A DNA stretch of 64,000 nt from a virus (IMGVR_UViG_3300031364_000001:1007-65006), one strand, 5' to 3'. Positions 17,556 to 28,328 are shown, numbered from the stretch's first letter. Notes: a model not told the origin generated them from the letters alone. Numbers and translations are program-made.

Positions 17556-17924
17556 TTAATTGCCTTTTACCTTAGTTTGTCCCGCAGAGGTAATTTGTAC
17601 AGATGCAGTAAAAGATGTGCTATCAAATGGAAATACACTATTCTGCATAGGTATTGAAATTCCTGTTGCTAAATCATTTTCTAATAATACTAAATCATTT
17701 TCTACTTTTACTTTTGCTGCTGTATTTGTAAACGTCCCTGTTGCTGTACTTGTTTGTTGATATGTACCAGAACTACATCCTGTTAATTGCACATTAACTG
17801 TTCCCTTATATACATAACTTCCACCTGCTTTTACTTTTGTGCTAGGAGAAGATGTTATAATCGCAGTTCCGGGAGTTACTCCAGAAATTGTTAATGTGCA
17901 ACCTTGTACAGCAATATATTGCAT
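17556..17924 (-). CDS. spike tip (PAAR-like) protein
   Basis: Follows the spike gene; KVK repeats, ITSAGQTKV C-terminus. Confidence 0.6.
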   Translation of the reverse strand: MQYIAVQGCTLTISGVTPGTAIITSSPSTKVKAGGSYVYKGTVNVQLTGCSSGTYQQTSTATGTFTNTAAKVKVENDLVLLENDLATGISIPMQNSVFPFDSTSFTASVQITSAGQTKVKGN

Positions 17925-18601
17925 TATTGACTAACCTCCAAATTACTATTAATTGTCACTACGGTAGTAGACATATCTATTTCATTATTATTAGCATCTG
18001 TTATATTTATTCCAGTAGCTGTCATTTCTACTATATTTCCATTAGCATCTTCAATAGTAATTCCGTTTGTACCATCTAAACTTATTTTATTTCCTGATTT
18101 ATCTTCTATATATATTTCATTTGTATCTTTTACTATATTAATTTTTGAATCTTGAAAAATTAACCAAAAATCGTCATCATTATCTGGTGCATCGGGCAAA
18201 TTTTTAAAACTCCAAAGTCCAGGAATACAAATACAATCAGATAAATCAAATTTATTCAAATCATCTGCATCTTTTGCATTATTAGTATCATTTAATAAAA
18301 AGTTACCAATAGAACTTTCTGCAAATAATAATAAGCATCCATCATTTTTATTTAATGGAAATAAAAAATTAAAATTTTTTGTGCTAGGAAATATTACAGG
18401 TACATTTTTAATTGGATCAATTTCTATAATTTGATTATGTACATTTCTTAATTTTATCATCGGCTTTACTTCTGCTTTTCGAGTATCATGTCCATCATAA
18501 CTTACAAATTGTCCTGGAAGTATAGTATGAACACCATCCATTTTATTTGAAAAAAATAAATTTAAAACTTCTGATAAATCAAGTTTTTCGTCTATATTCA
18601 T
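17924..18601 (-). CDS. baseplate central spike (Gp138-like)
   Basis: HT.LPG, VPVIFP, D.CLLLFAE, DLSD...IPG, C-terminal beta repeats. Confidence 0.85.
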   Translation of the reverse strand: MNIDEKLDLSEVLNLFFSNKMDGVHTILPGQFVSYDGHDTRKAEVKPMIKLRNVHNQIIEIDPIKNVPVIFPSTKNFNFLFPLNKNDGCLLLFAESSIGNFLLNDTNNAKDADDLNKFDLSDCICIPGLWSFKNLPDAPDNDDDFWLIFQDSKINIVKDTNEIYIEDKSGNKISLDGTNGITIEDANGNIVEMTATGINITDANNNEIDMSTTVVTINSNLEVSQ

Positions 18602-19473
18602 TCTATTACCTCTATTCTACAACCAAAATCAGAACCGCCAAAATTATCACCAATAAAATTAACTTTTTCTACTATAAATAATCCATTAACATTTGAACTT
18701 TTTAATTTTATTAACGTATTAGGTTTAATTTTAGCATTCATTAAACTCACGGCAGCATATCTTTTTTTTACTTTATCATTATTACTACTATTTGTAGTAT
18801 CCTCTTTACTATTATCTGTTATTTCTTCTACTTCTCCAATTAATCCATTTTGAGGAGTTAGATTAACTATTCCAAAAGTAGAAGTTTGCTCTCCTAATTT
18901 ATAGATAACCATTTCATTACTGTCAAAATAAATTCCTACTCCATTCACTTTTAATATATTACTTATATTTTTCATTACATCTTTTATTAAACCACTAAAA
19001 ACTTTTGCATTATTCATATAAATATCAGAACAATTTTGTAATCCATTTACAGTAATCCCTAATATTCCTATAATGTCATTAATTACCATACTAATCGGAA
19101 TGCCTTCTTTATAAGCATTATTAATAGTTAATTTATATATATTTTTTTTATTTGTTCCATAATCATTTGCTATTATTTCAGTTACCCATTCTGTTTTAGT
19201 TTTTTTACTATGCACATCAAAAATAACCCCATTAAAAATTATCCCCGTTTCTTCATCTTCATAACCAGCTTTTAATATTATATTATTATCAACTTTTAAT
19301 ATTTTATCCCTAGTTTCTTTACTTGTATTATAAATTTTAAAATGTGCAGTATTACTTTCTATTTTATAACTTCTATCAATATCAAATTCTACATTTAGAT
19401 TTGATATTTCTAATCCGAGTCCATTATTTTTACCTACTATTAAATTTACTATTCTACCTGATGCCATTCGCAA
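18598..19473 (-). CDS. baseplate hub protein
   Basis: N.A...IYN, L.AGY, IF.G, GLIG, GDN. Confidence 0.8.
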   Translation of the reverse strand: MRMASGRIVNLIVGKNNGLGLEISNLNVEFDIDRSYKIESNTAHFKIYNTSKETRDKILKVDNNIILKAGYEDEETGIIFNGVIFDVHSKKTKTEWVTEIIANDYGTNKKNIYKLTINNAYKEGIPISMVINDIIGILGITVNGLQNCSDIYMNNAKVFSGLIKDVMKNISNILKVNGVGIYFDSNEMVIYKLGEQTSTFGIVNLTPQNGLIGEVEEITDNSKEDTTNSSNNDKVKKRYAAVSLMNAKIKPNTLIKLKSSNVNGLFIVEKVNFIGDNFGGSDFGCRIEVIE

Positions 19474-19816
19474 CCCACCATTCTAAAAGTTCAGCTTGTG
19501 TAATATAAAATAAGTCATAGTATACACCTAAATTATCATAATTTAATTCATTTATATTTATATCATCACTAATTTTTAATATTATTAAATCTCCTAATAC
19601 TTCTGGAAATAATGCTTTATGTCTCCATAATAACGGATAATTTTTTATTAATTTTATTCCATTTAATTCATAATTTGCAGTTTTTAATCTTAACATCCAA
19701 CTTTCAGCACGTGTATTATATACTAATCTTATTTCTGTGTTTACATTTTCAAGGTCAATATTCATAGTAAAATCTGCGGATAAATCTTTGAAATTAGAAG
19801 GTATTTGTATTGCCAT
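19454..19816 (-). CDS. baseplate protein
   Basis: Synteny; YN.R...W motif. Confidence 0.65.
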   Translation of the reverse strand: MAIQIPSNFKDLSADFTMNIDLENVNTEIRLVYNTRAESWMLRLKTANYELNGIKLIKNYPLLWRHKALFPEVLGDLIILKISDDININELNYDNLGVYYDLFYITQAELLEWWVANGIR

Positions 19817-20391
19817 TAAAATTGACCTCCATAAGTAAATGATGATATATTTGCATTATTCCCTTGTTGTTTTCCTACATTTTTATTTGGTGAAGATTGT
19901 TTATTTTGTGTTGTTTTTGTATTTTGTAAATTAACAGTAGCTCCAATACTAACTTCAGACAATTTTACCTTATTAAATTCTTGAAATGCAATATCACAAA
20001 CCAAACTTTCTCCAGAGCTCGCATCTCTATTTATATTTATGCTTGTAATTGCAACACCTTCGTACACTTTTAATATTGTATATATATCAACAAGTTCTTT
20101 TTTTTTCCATAAATCTCTTAAAGTATCATAAGCAAGTTGTGCTTTATTTTCAAAGATTACGCCATCAAAAATATTAAAATTAGTAATAAATCCTGTAACC
20201 GTACCTGATTCTAATTCGTTTTGTATATGATCTGAAACATCAGCACCATCTTCTACATTATATTTAGTTACTGAATTTTGCATAGAATGTCCTTCTGCTA
20301 ATTCAAGATCAAAAGTTAATATCCCTACTCCAGTTTCATTATTATTAATTCCATAAGTTCTATTTTTATAAAATAAAAAACTATTACCCAT
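19816..20391 (-). CDS. tail tube initiator / Dit-like baseplate protein
   Basis: E.H....VT.Y.VE.GA.VSDH. Confidence 0.75.
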   Translation of the reverse strand: MGNSFLFYKNRTYGINNNETGVGILTFDLELAEGHSMQNSVTKYNVEDGADVSDHIQNELESGTVTGFITNFNIFDGVIFENKAQLAYDTLRDLWKKKELVDIYTILKVYEGVAITSININRDASSGESLVCDIAFQEFNKVKLSEVSIGATVNLQNTKTTQNKQSSPNKNVGKQQGNNANISSFTYGGQF

Positions 20392-22112
20392 TATAAGCCC
20401 CCATTTTCAATTAGAACTTTTTTTAATTGAAGATTAAATAATGTTCCGGCTGCGTTTGCTATTTGTCTATTACTATTTTGACTTCCTGGAGTTCCACCTT
20501 GTAGATTTATATTAGTGTCCATATTTATATTTTGTGTTTTTTGATTATTATTTGTAGTTGAGACTATTTCTTTTACTACATCTTTTTGTGTTTTTTTTCC
20601 TTTATCTCCTGTAAAAAAACCAACTACATTATTATATAAGTCAATAGCTTCTTGCAAAAACCCTGTAAAAAGACCTTTGAAAAAGTCTACTAAATTAAAC
20701 CATAATTGTTTTATAGCTTCTATAGGATGTGTAAATAGATAAATAATCCATTCACTAATACCAGAAAAAATTGACTTTATATTTTCTTTAAAATTTTTAA
20801 AAAAGTCTATAATTTTTTTCCAGTTCTTTATGATTGTTAAAGGCAACCATAAAAAAGGCATAAATATAGAAATTACATTTTTAAATACCATTATTCCTTG
20901 CCATAGAAGTTTAAAAAATTCTACTATCTTTTTTCTAAATTTTACTATAATTACAGTTATTGCAATGATAACAGCAATTAATGCAGCAACCCCCATTATT
21001 ATTACTCCGATCGGATTTGCCGTTAAAGCAAAATTTAAAGCCCATTGTGCAGCAGTCCATATTCCTTTTGCTTTTGCAATCATAAAAATAATTTTAATAA
21101 ATTGTAAAAACTTTCCAAGTACCATAGCAGCCATTAATACTTTCTGTGCTATTATTACTGCATAAGTTGCAACTTCCCAAACAACCATAGCGGCTGCAAT
21201 TGCAAGAATTACTTTTCCTAAAGGAGAAGAAATAATCCAAAACATTGCCTTACCAAGAACAGCTAATATATTTACTATACCAAATAAAACTTCACCTAAT
21301 TTAGTAAATGTTTCAATTAGTTTTTCTTTATTAGCTTCTGCCCATTTTTCTCCTTGTTCGATCATCTCTCTTACTTTATTCACTAATTTTGTCATTATTG
21401 GTAAGAAAAAAGCACCGACTGTAGTAAAAAAATCCTCAATTCTAGCTTTCATTATTTTCATAGAATTTGCATAACCATCGGAAGTTCTTATAAAATCCCC
21501 CATTGCATCAGCAGAATCTAATTGAACTTTTTCTAAAATTAACATTGCTCTGCTCTGTCTATCTAATACCCCATTAACAAGTTTTATTCCTCTTGCTTCA
21601 GCCATTGCTTTTAGAGTTGTATCAGAAATATCAACTCCGTATTTTCTCATTGGGAGAGCCATTCCTGCTATACCTGATTTTAGCGCTTCTAAAACTTCTG
21701 CCGTAGGTGCATCATTGAATGACCCCAAATCAACACCTAATTTATTAAAAGCTGCTGATAATCCCAGAGCTTCTTTTCTTCCTATACCCATTGGTACAAG
21801 AAAATCTTGAAATGCACTTAATGCTTCTGTTGCCTCTAATCTTGACATTCCATACATTTTATTTAATTCATCCCGCATTTTCATAGCTTCATCTACAACA
21901 CCTTGAAAAACAACTTTAAATTTACTCATTGATTCTTCCATGTGACTAGCTGTTGCTACTGAAAGAGCTGCCATTGCTCCAGCAGCAACCCCAGCTATTA
22001 CACCAATACGCTTGATATTTTGTTTTAACTTATCAAATTTTTTATCGGCATCTTTAATATCACTATCTTTAACTTTGAAACCGATAAGATTTATTAATTC
22101 TCTTATAACCAT
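20391..22112 (-). CDS. tape measure protein
   Basis: MVIRELI start, Ala-rich helices, ANPIG, W/F repeats. Confidence 0.88.
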   Translation of the reverse strand: MVIRELINLIGFKVKDSDIKDADKKFDKLKQNIKRIGVIAGVAAGAMAALSVATASHMEESMSKFKVVFQGVVDEAMKMRDELNKMYGMSRLEATEALSAFQDFLVPMGIGRKEALGLSAAFNKLGVDLGSFNDAPTAEVLEALKSGIAGMALPMRKYGVDISDTTLKAMAEARGIKLVNGVLDRQSRAMLILEKVQLDSADAMGDFIRTSDGYANSMKIMKARIEDFFTTVGAFFLPIMTKLVNKVREMIEQGEKWAEANKEKLIETFTKLGEVLFGIVNILAVLGKAMFWIISSPLGKVILAIAAAMVVWEVATYAVIIAQKVLMAAMVLGKFLQFIKIIFMIAKAKGIWTAAQWALNFALTANPIGVIIMGVAALIAVIIAITVIIVKFRKKIVEFFKLLWQGIMVFKNVISIFMPFLWLPLTIIKNWKKIIDFFKNFKENIKSIFSGISEWIIYLFTHPIEAIKQLWFNLVDFFKGLFTGFLQEAIDLYNNVVGFFTGDKGKKTQKDVVKEIVSTTNNNQKTQNINMDTNINLQGGTPGSQNSNRQIANAAGTLFNLQLKKVLIENGGL

Positions 22113-22301
22113 TTATTTTGTCCTATCAAGTTCTTGTCTATGAAATTCATTAATTGCATTTTCATAATCATCTTCCATATCTATAACTGCGTTATAAATT
22201 TGCAAATCCTTAAAACTTAAATTATTCTCAAAAATAAGGAAATTAGAATTCTTTTTAACTGCCTTCCAGAATTCCCATTCATTTAAAATTTCCTCATTCA
22301 A
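22113..22301 (-). CDS. tail assembly chaperone, frameshift extension
   Basis: The -1 frame of the upstream gene is open from about 22410. Confidence 0.6.
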   Translation of the reverse strand: MNEEILNEWEFWKAVKKNSNFLIFENNLSFKDLQIYNAVIDMEDDYENAINEFHRQELDRTK

Positions 22302-22324
22302 TTGTCCTACTTCACCTATACGGT

Positions 22325-22795
22325 TTAGGACTCCTTCACTTTTGGTATCATTTTGGACAAGATACCAGTTTCTAACCCGCCTCCACCCATCAACTCGAAA
22401 AACAGGAAATTGTTAGCCCTCATTACTTCTATTAGTAATTTGTAAACTGCTAATGTTTTTCCTCTAAAAACAAAATCAAAGTCATCGTTTTTGTTTAATA
22501 TAAAATTTGTTAATTTTCCATTAAGATTAATTTCTACTGTAGTTAATTCAAACATATCATTAATAAAAGACTCCAATGCTATCTCATCAATATTCGATAA
22601 CGTTTTTTGAACCCCATTTATAATCTTACTAAAATCTATTTCAGTATCCAGACTTTTCATTCCTTCCAAAATAGATAACATTGGAGCAAGATATGTTATT
22701 GTTCTTTTTTCTAATCTTAATGCTTTTCGTGCAGGGAATTGGTTTATAAAAAACTTCATTCCGTCAATCTCTTTTGTTATAGTTTTTAAATCCAC
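22325..22795 (-). CDS. tail assembly chaperone
   Basis: Between tube and tape measure genes; ANNF.FF C-terminal motif. Confidence 0.75.
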   Translation of the reverse strand: MDLKTITKEIDGMKFFINQFPARKALRLEKRTITYLAPMLSILEGMKSLDTEIDFSKIINGVQKTLSNIDEIALESFINDMFELTTVEINLNGKLTNFILNKNDDFDFVFRGKTLAVYKLLIEVMRANNFLFFELMGGGGLETGILSKMIPKVKES

Positions 22796-22828
22796 TATAA
22801 TCCTCCTTTTTTAGGTTTTATTTTTTAA

Positions 22829-23266
22829 TTATAAATTACCACCTACATTAACATCTGCTTGTGGACATCTTATTTTCCAAGTCCTTGTACTTAAAGAATT
22901 TCCATCATTCATATCTGCATAACCTACAATGTATGCTTGCCCACTCCCTACTCTGGAAGTTCCATTAATATCTTTAAACAAAAATGCCCCTTTTCCGGCA
23001 TTTGTTAATTTATCTATTGCATGTTTTACCGAAAATAAATTATTTGTAGATGAAGTTTGACTTATTATAATATTAACATCGCAACCTGTTATATTTTTAT
23101 TATTTCTATTTTCCGAACCGTCTGCACCTTGTACAAATTCAAAATTATCTGACATTCCAGAAACTTGAATAAATTCACCATCTGCAAAATCCATTACTAT
23201 AATACCGTCTAATGTGATAACACACCCTTTTGCATCATAGGTTTTTAATATTCCATCACTAGCCAT
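22829..23266 (-). CDS. tail tube protein (DUF3277-like)
   Basis: TYD...GADG...QTS..N...D.NG. Confidence 0.82.
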   Translation of the reverse strand: MASDGILKTYDAKGCVITLDGIIVMDFADGEFIQVSGMSDNFEFVQGADGSENRNNKNITGCDVNIIISQTSSTNNLFSVKHAIDKLTNAGKGAFLFKDINGTSRVGSGQAYIVGYADMNDGNSLSTRTWKIRCPQADVNVGGNL

Positions 23267-23285
23267 AATTATTTCCTCCTTTTAT

Positions 23286-24629
23286 TTATACTGTTACTGT
23301 TCCAGCTATTTCTATTTTATGAATTGCACCTGCAAGAATTCCAGTAAATTCTATATCAGGTAAAATCCTATCAATTTTATCCTGATCTGAAATATCTGCT
23401 ATTAACGGGACAGTTACTTCATAGCTTGCTAATACCCCTGCTCTTACTGCTTCATCTAATGCTTTTTTTAATAAACCTTCTACTATTCCTATACCTTCAT
23501 TCGTATAAGGAATTTTATCTGTATTTATTAGTTCTGAATATATGGTTTCTTGTATAGTTGCTTCTAACCAATCTATACCTCTTATAATATCAATATATTC
23601 CCCTGAAACGACTTGACCTCTTCCAGTTATATTTACTCCTGCTGTTGTTGTATAAATATTACAATTTTTATTTAAAGTGTATGTTCTTTGCGCAGAAGTC
23701 ATTCCAACTGCGGTAATTCCTGAAAGATTTTTAAACATCCAAGTTGCTGAACCTGGGTCTTTTGGTAACATTTTTCCCATCCATGCTTCCATTAAAAATT
23801 GATCTGCACTTACTAATCCAGAATGATAAGCAATTGCTGTTCTATCATAATTTAATGCTTTTAGTTGATAAGCTAAATCAGAAGTCCCAGAAGTTGGTAT
23901 AACTGCATCATTATCAGTATGAAAAAATATCTTCTTTTGTGTTTCTGCCCATGCAGCTACCTCTAAAATATCATCTTGTTCTGTATAACTTATAGTTGCA
24001 ATAGGTTGACTAATACCTCCAGTTGTTACAACGCTTACAGAAGTTACATCTCCTGATTCTAATTCAATTGTCATTGTTAAGAATGGGGTTGCGCCAATTG
24101 TTACTATTGTATCCGTTAATCCCACTTGTCCTTCTATTTCTGTTTTTAATAATCCCATTGTAGTCTCTTGATCTCCGGAAAATACTACTGCATCACAAGC
24201 CACTTCATTCACTGTTACTACTATACTATTACTTCCTACAAATGCTTCATTTAAAGTTATTGTTGCTTTTCCTGTTGGATTAATAGTAAATGCATACCAA
24301 TCCTGAGTTGCTACTTGAATTGCTGTTAATGCTTCTGTCCAAGTTTCTGAAGTTTCTGTTTCTGGTTTTTTTCTACCTATTACAACTTTATCTGGTTTTG
24401 GATTTTGACTGAAAATTTTACCTGCTCTTAAATATTCCTTATCTATACTCGCCCAGCCTTCTGCTAACATTTCCGCTAAACTTGCATATTCTACATACCT
24501 ATCAAAAACAGGCGAAGTTTTATCAGTTGCAAATTCTGAAATTATTGCAGGAGTTCCAAAACTTGCTCTTGCAATAGATTGTGTTTCTCTGCTAATTGTT
24601 AATTGTATAATATCTGATAATGCTGACAT
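23286..24629 (-). CDS. tail sheath protein (DUF3383-like)
   Basis: FSQNPKP, PGSATW.FK.L.G, GEYIDIIRGIDWL, KIPYT..G, AGAIH. Confidence 0.92.
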   Translation of the reverse strand: MSALSDIIQLTISRETQSIARASFGTPAIISEFATDKTSPVFDRYVEYASLAEMLAEGWASIDKEYLRAGKIFSQNPKPDKVVIGRKKPETETSETWTEALTAIQVATQDWYAFTINPTGKATITLNEAFVGSNSIVVTVNEVACDAVVFSGDQETTMGLLKTEIEGQVGLTDTIVTIGATPFLTMTIELESGDVTSVSVVTTGGISQPIATISYTEQDDILEVAAWAETQKKIFFHTDNDAVIPTSGTSDLAYQLKALNYDRTAIAYHSGLVSADQFLMEAWMGKMLPKDPGSATWMFKNLSGITAVGMTSAQRTYTLNKNCNIYTTTAGVNITGRGQVVSGEYIDIIRGIDWLEATIQETIYSELINTDKIPYTNEGIGIVEGLLKKALDEAVRAGVLASYEVTVPLIADISDQDKIDRILPDIEFTGILAGAIHKIEIAGTVTV

Positions 24630-24650
24630 AATTTATTCCTCCTATTATTT

Positions 24651-25199
24651 TTAATTATCATAAACTCCTTCAAATTCCACAGTTTCAATAAATCCTGGAT
24701 CATAAGTACCTTCATCTGGAAATAGTATTATTAAATCCATTGTACTTCTTAATTCCCATATATTTTCTATTATTTGTGGAATTGGAGTTATAGTTTCCGT
24801 TCTTAATATACTAACTTTTGAACTTCTAAAATAATCTTTTATATCTTGCATCCTTAAACTATTTTTTAAAGTTCTTAAATTATCCCCATTATCTGTAAAA
24901 CCTACTTCTTCCAAACTAATAGTAGCTTGGTAATGTTTTGCAAAATCTATATAACCATGAATTACTTCATCTTCTGTACCTTCATCATCTATTACTTTTC
25001 TTGCTTTACTTTCATTACCGCTTGCATATTCTTGTACTGTCATTGGTTGATGAATAACTATATATTCTTTTTTAGGTTTTGGGGCTGATTGTTCTCCTCT
25101 TATAATTGGAATAGTGGGAGTATCATCTATTCCCAAAGAAGGCTCTAATACATTACGAATCCATGTTAATAATATTGTATAAATTTGTGTAGTTGTCAT
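24651..25199 (-). CDS. tail terminator / neck protein
   Basis: Synteny; Q.AP.P...Y. Confidence 0.6.
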   Translation of the reverse strand: MTTTQIYTILLTWIRNVLEPSLGIDDTPTIPIIRGEQSAPKPKKEYIVIHQPMTVQEYASGNESKARKVIDDEGTEDEVIHGYIDFAKHYQATISLEEVGFTDNGDNLRTLKNSLRMQDIKDYFRSSKVSILRTETITPIPQIIENIWELRSTMDLIILFPDEGTYDPGFIETVEFEGVYDN

Positions 25200-25259
25200 A
25201 CTTTACTCCAAATAAAACCATCATATTCTGATATATCTTTAAAAATTTCTTTCATATAA

Positions 25260-25616
25260 TTAAACCTCTCTAAATTCAGCAATGTACTCGAAATGTGGTA
25301 TCAAATTACCAAATTTTAATCTTTGTATAATTTCATATTCCTCTGTTAAATAAACTATTCTATCACCGTTTTGTAATTCAGTTCCATCCGTTCCTGAAAT
25401 TGCTATTATTAATTCTGTATCACAAAATACTTTTATTTTTCCTAAATTATCTCTTCCTATATTTAAACTTTCTAATTCTTTTGCGGTTAATGCTTGACAA
25501 TCTGCTGTTACTATAAAATCATCAGCTAAACTTCCAGTAACATAATTTCCAGAATTATCATAATAACCTTCTGCTACTCGTCTTTTTATAGTATGACTAC
25601 TTCCAAACAATACCAT
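25260..25616 (-). CDS. head closure / head-tail joining protein
   Basis: GYY...G.YV.G, Q.L...EL, GDRI.Y...YE. Confidence 0.7.
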   Translation of the reverse strand: MVLFGSSHTIKRRVAEGYYDNSGNYVTGSLADDFIVTADCQALTAKELESLNIGRDNLGKIKVFCDTELIIAISGTDGTELQNGDRIVYLTEEYEIIQRLKFGNLIPHFEYIAEFREV

Positions 25617-26071
25617 TATTTACTTACCACCTTATATTTAATACTATTTCTCATTACTGCACTTGCAATTAAAGGTCTTGAACTTCCCTTCTTTTGTATT
25701 GTTGCTGGTTTATTTGCAATATAATCAAACTGTGTAAAAGATTTTTTCATATCACCTTCGTGTTTTGCTCCAATCCTATCAATCATTTTTTTTAAATTTT
25801 GCTTATTATCAATTACTTTTCTATATTCATTATCAATAAAACCTTTTATATTAGATTCATTCTTATCAAATGCATTACTCATAAAAGGTCTTCGGGGCAT
25901 TTTTGAACTAGATGAAGGTTCTTGATGTATTAATCCCCTATAAGCAACATTATTTTCTGGACTATCTCCTTCACCAAATAAACCTACTTTTATATTTAAT
26001 TTTTTTATATTTTTATGATTTTCTACTATTTTTTTCCAACCTCTATCAATATCTTTTTGTGTTAAGCTCAT
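25616..26071 (-). CDS. tail completion / neck protein
   Basis: KVG, P.RPF, N.PATI.KKGSS.PLI....MRNSI.Y. Confidence 0.75.
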   Translation of the reverse strand: MSLTQKDIDRGWKKIVENHKNIKKLNIKVGLFGEGDSPENNVAYRGLIHQEPSSSSKMPRRPFMSNAFDKNESNIKGFIDNEYRKVIDNKQNLKKMIDRIGAKHEGDMKKSFTQFDYIANKPATIQKKGSSRPLIASAVMRNSIKYKVVSK

Positions 26072-26613
26072 ACTAATTCCAAATTACTGCCGTTTAATAA
26101 TTTATATTCTAAAAATAATTTTAATGTCAAATCCAAAGTAGTATTTGTCGTAAAGTTTAATCGTAAATAATTAGTAACGCCGTTTTTTGCTGTAATCAGA
26201 ACAGTTTGTGCACTCTTTTTTGCTGTCGGCTCTGTTACTCTATTTTCTGAGGCAATATGTAATAATAATTTATTATCTATTGTTTCAGATTTTATAAAAA
26301 AACTACCTACTGTTAATCCTGAAAAATCAGCACCTGTTTTAGATAATACTTTTGAATTAGTACCATCCCAGATATCAATATATACATTTGTCATATTCGT
26401 ACATGCTATAACTGCTGTAACTTCTGCCCAAAAATTTAATATTTCAATTGTTCCCTCAAAACTAAATAAATTTAAATTAATAGTTTCTGTATCTGCCATA
26501 ATATGTATATCACTTTCAGAATTTAAACCTGAAACTCTTTGAGTCATACCAAATAAGGAATTTTTATTTATTAATTTTGTATATATTCTATCAATTTCAC
26601 CGATTAAAATCAT
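26068..26613 (-). CDS. putative virion structural protein
   Basis: Beta-rich ORF in the head-neck cluster. Confidence 0.5.
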   Translation of the reverse strand: MILIGEIDRIYTKLINKNSLFGMTQRVSGLNSESDIHIMADTETINLNLFSFEGTIEILNFWAEVTAVIACTNMTNVYIDIWDGTNSKVLSKTGADFSGLTVGSFFIKSETIDNKLLLHIASENRVTEPTAKKSAQTVLITAKNGVTNYLRLNFTTNTTLDLTLKLFLEYKLLNGSNLELV

Positions 26614-26964
26614 TTAGTCCTCCAGTACATAATTATAAAAAATTATTCTATCATCACCTTCATCACTATCTTCTACATAAGTTATTTTAAAATCATTATT
26701 AATTGGAATTTTTAAACTAATTAAAAGTCCTTTACTATCAGTCAAAAATGTAAACCCGTAAATTGCAATTTCTCTATAGTTAATGCCATCAATTTTAGAA
26801 TACAATTTTATTTCTCCGTCTTTTGTAATATTATTTACATCTAACATTATTTGACTAATATATGTTTTATTAGAATTTGTTATTTCAAATATAGTTTGTT
26901 CACCGCCTGCATCAAGATATGTAAAATTTGAATTTATCACTAATTTATTTTTTTGCCATGCCAT
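26614..26964 (-). CDS. putative virion structural protein
   Basis: Beta-rich ORF (SKIDG.NYR) in the head-neck cluster. Confidence 0.5.
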   Translation of the reverse strand: MAWQKNKLVINSNFTYLDAGGEQTIFEITNSNKTYISQIMLDVNNITKDGEIKLYSKIDGINYREIAIYGFTFLTDSKGLLISLKIPINNDFKITYVEDSDEGDDRIIFYNYVLED

Positions 26965-26973
26965 ATATTACTC

Positions 26974-27447
26974 CTATATATTTGACTCTTGAATTCCAAA
27001 ATAAAAACTTATATTTTTCGCACTTTGATCTATACAACAAGCTCTTGCCCATACTTTTGTGCCTGATACAATTTTAGGTCTTTTTAATTCTACTACCCCG
27101 CCATCATTTCCAACAGAAGTTGAAATAAAAACAAATTCATCAAAAGTTTCTGCTTGAAGTTTTGCTTCTATTCCAGCCGATTCTCCTGTAACTATTTGTA
27201 TAACATAAGGACTTGTACTATCTACTACTGTTATCAAAAACTGATTTAAATCAAATAATGTTTTATCCGCAATTAAAGGAGTATCTGTACTTCCTATTAT
27301 TTGAACCCAATTACCAAATTCTTTACTTCCTGTTACTAATGCAAAAGGAGCAATTTCATCTGCCATTCGATCTGCTCTATGAATTTCTGCATCTGGAGTT
27401 GCTGCTAATCCATACCATTTATTATTTGTAATTCTAAAATTTCGCAT
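26974..27447 (-). CDS. putative virion structural protein
   Basis: FGNWVQIIGS.DTP...GTKVWAR. Confidence 0.5.
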   Translation of the reverse strand: MRNFRITNNKWYGLAATPDAEIHRADRMADEIAPFALVTGSKEFGNWVQIIGSTDTPLIADKTLFDLNQFLITVVDSTSPYVIQIVTGESAGIEAKLQAETFDEFVFISTSVGNDGGVVELKRPKIVSGTKVWARACCIDQSAKNISFYFGIQESNI

Positions 27448-27905
27448 TTATACCGCCTTATATTTTAATGCAATATCCAAACTATAATAACCATCACTAC
27501 ATGCTATTTTTGCATATACGGGATATTCTTTTGGAATTTCCAATGTATCTATTGGCACAGTAATTCCACCAACAAAACCTCCAACCATAGGATTAATATT
27601 TAATGAAGCTCTTGTTCTTCCTAATTCTATTGTACATCCTGCATCGCCATATAATACTATTTCAAACGCTAAACCATAAAAATCTTCAGGTAATATCATT
27701 AAAAATCTCCAATAAATCCATCAAAAATATCGCAATATTCTATTGATATAGAATTAATTATAAAATCTTTATCAGAAGTATTCGCATCCATTATTTTTAC
27801 TGCATTTCCTAATACCCATAAACCATCCGCTGCAGTAATTCTTTTCGCATTATCTAATGTTGGAGCAATTTTACTAGGCGATTTTATTTCTTCTTGCCAA
27901 CTCAT
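27448..27905 (-). CDS. putative structural protein split into two overlapping ORFs (27699-27905 and 27448-27699)
   Basis: TAATG overlap preceded by GAT TTT TAA; the halves look like one beta-sandwich protein. Confidence 0.45.
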
Positions 27906-27915
27906 ATTTTATTCC

Positions 27916-28263
27916 TTATGCATTTAATAACATTCTTGTAGTTCCACTTATATTTACCATTCTAATTGCTGTTACTCTTCCTGTATGTTCATCTTCTGCT
28001 GTTGCTATAACAGAACCTAATTTCCAATCAATCGCTACAATATCAGTACCTGCAATTACATCAGCTATTTTATTTTTAGTAGTTTGTAGTTTACCTTCTC
28101 CTGCTGTTATTTCTAATACAGCATTTACTGATCTAATGTTATCGGGAATTATTATCCAATTTCCATTACCTGCGGCTGCTACATCTCCAGAATCATATTC
28201 ATACCCTATTATATCTTTTTGAGTATTATAAGGATCAACCGCTGTCATATATTCTACTGCCAT
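27916..28263 (-). CDS. putative virion decoration protein
   Basis: AAGGAG RBS; small beta-rich ORF. Confidence 0.5.
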   Translation of the reverse strand: MAVEYMTAVDPYNTQKDIIGYEYDSGDVAAAGNGNWIIIPDNIRSVNAVLEITAGEGKLQTTKNKIADVIAGTDIVAIDWKLGSVIATAEDEHTGRVTAIRMVNISGTTRMLLNA

Positions 28264-28292
28264 TTTATATTCTCCTTTTTAATTAACTTAAT

Positions 28293-28319
28293 AAAAGGCT
28301 CTTAACTTAATAAGAGCCT
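28293..28319 (-). terminator. intrinsic terminator
   Basis: AGGCTCTTA...TAAGAGCCTTTT. Confidence 0.6.
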
Positions 28320-28328
28320 AAAATAAAA

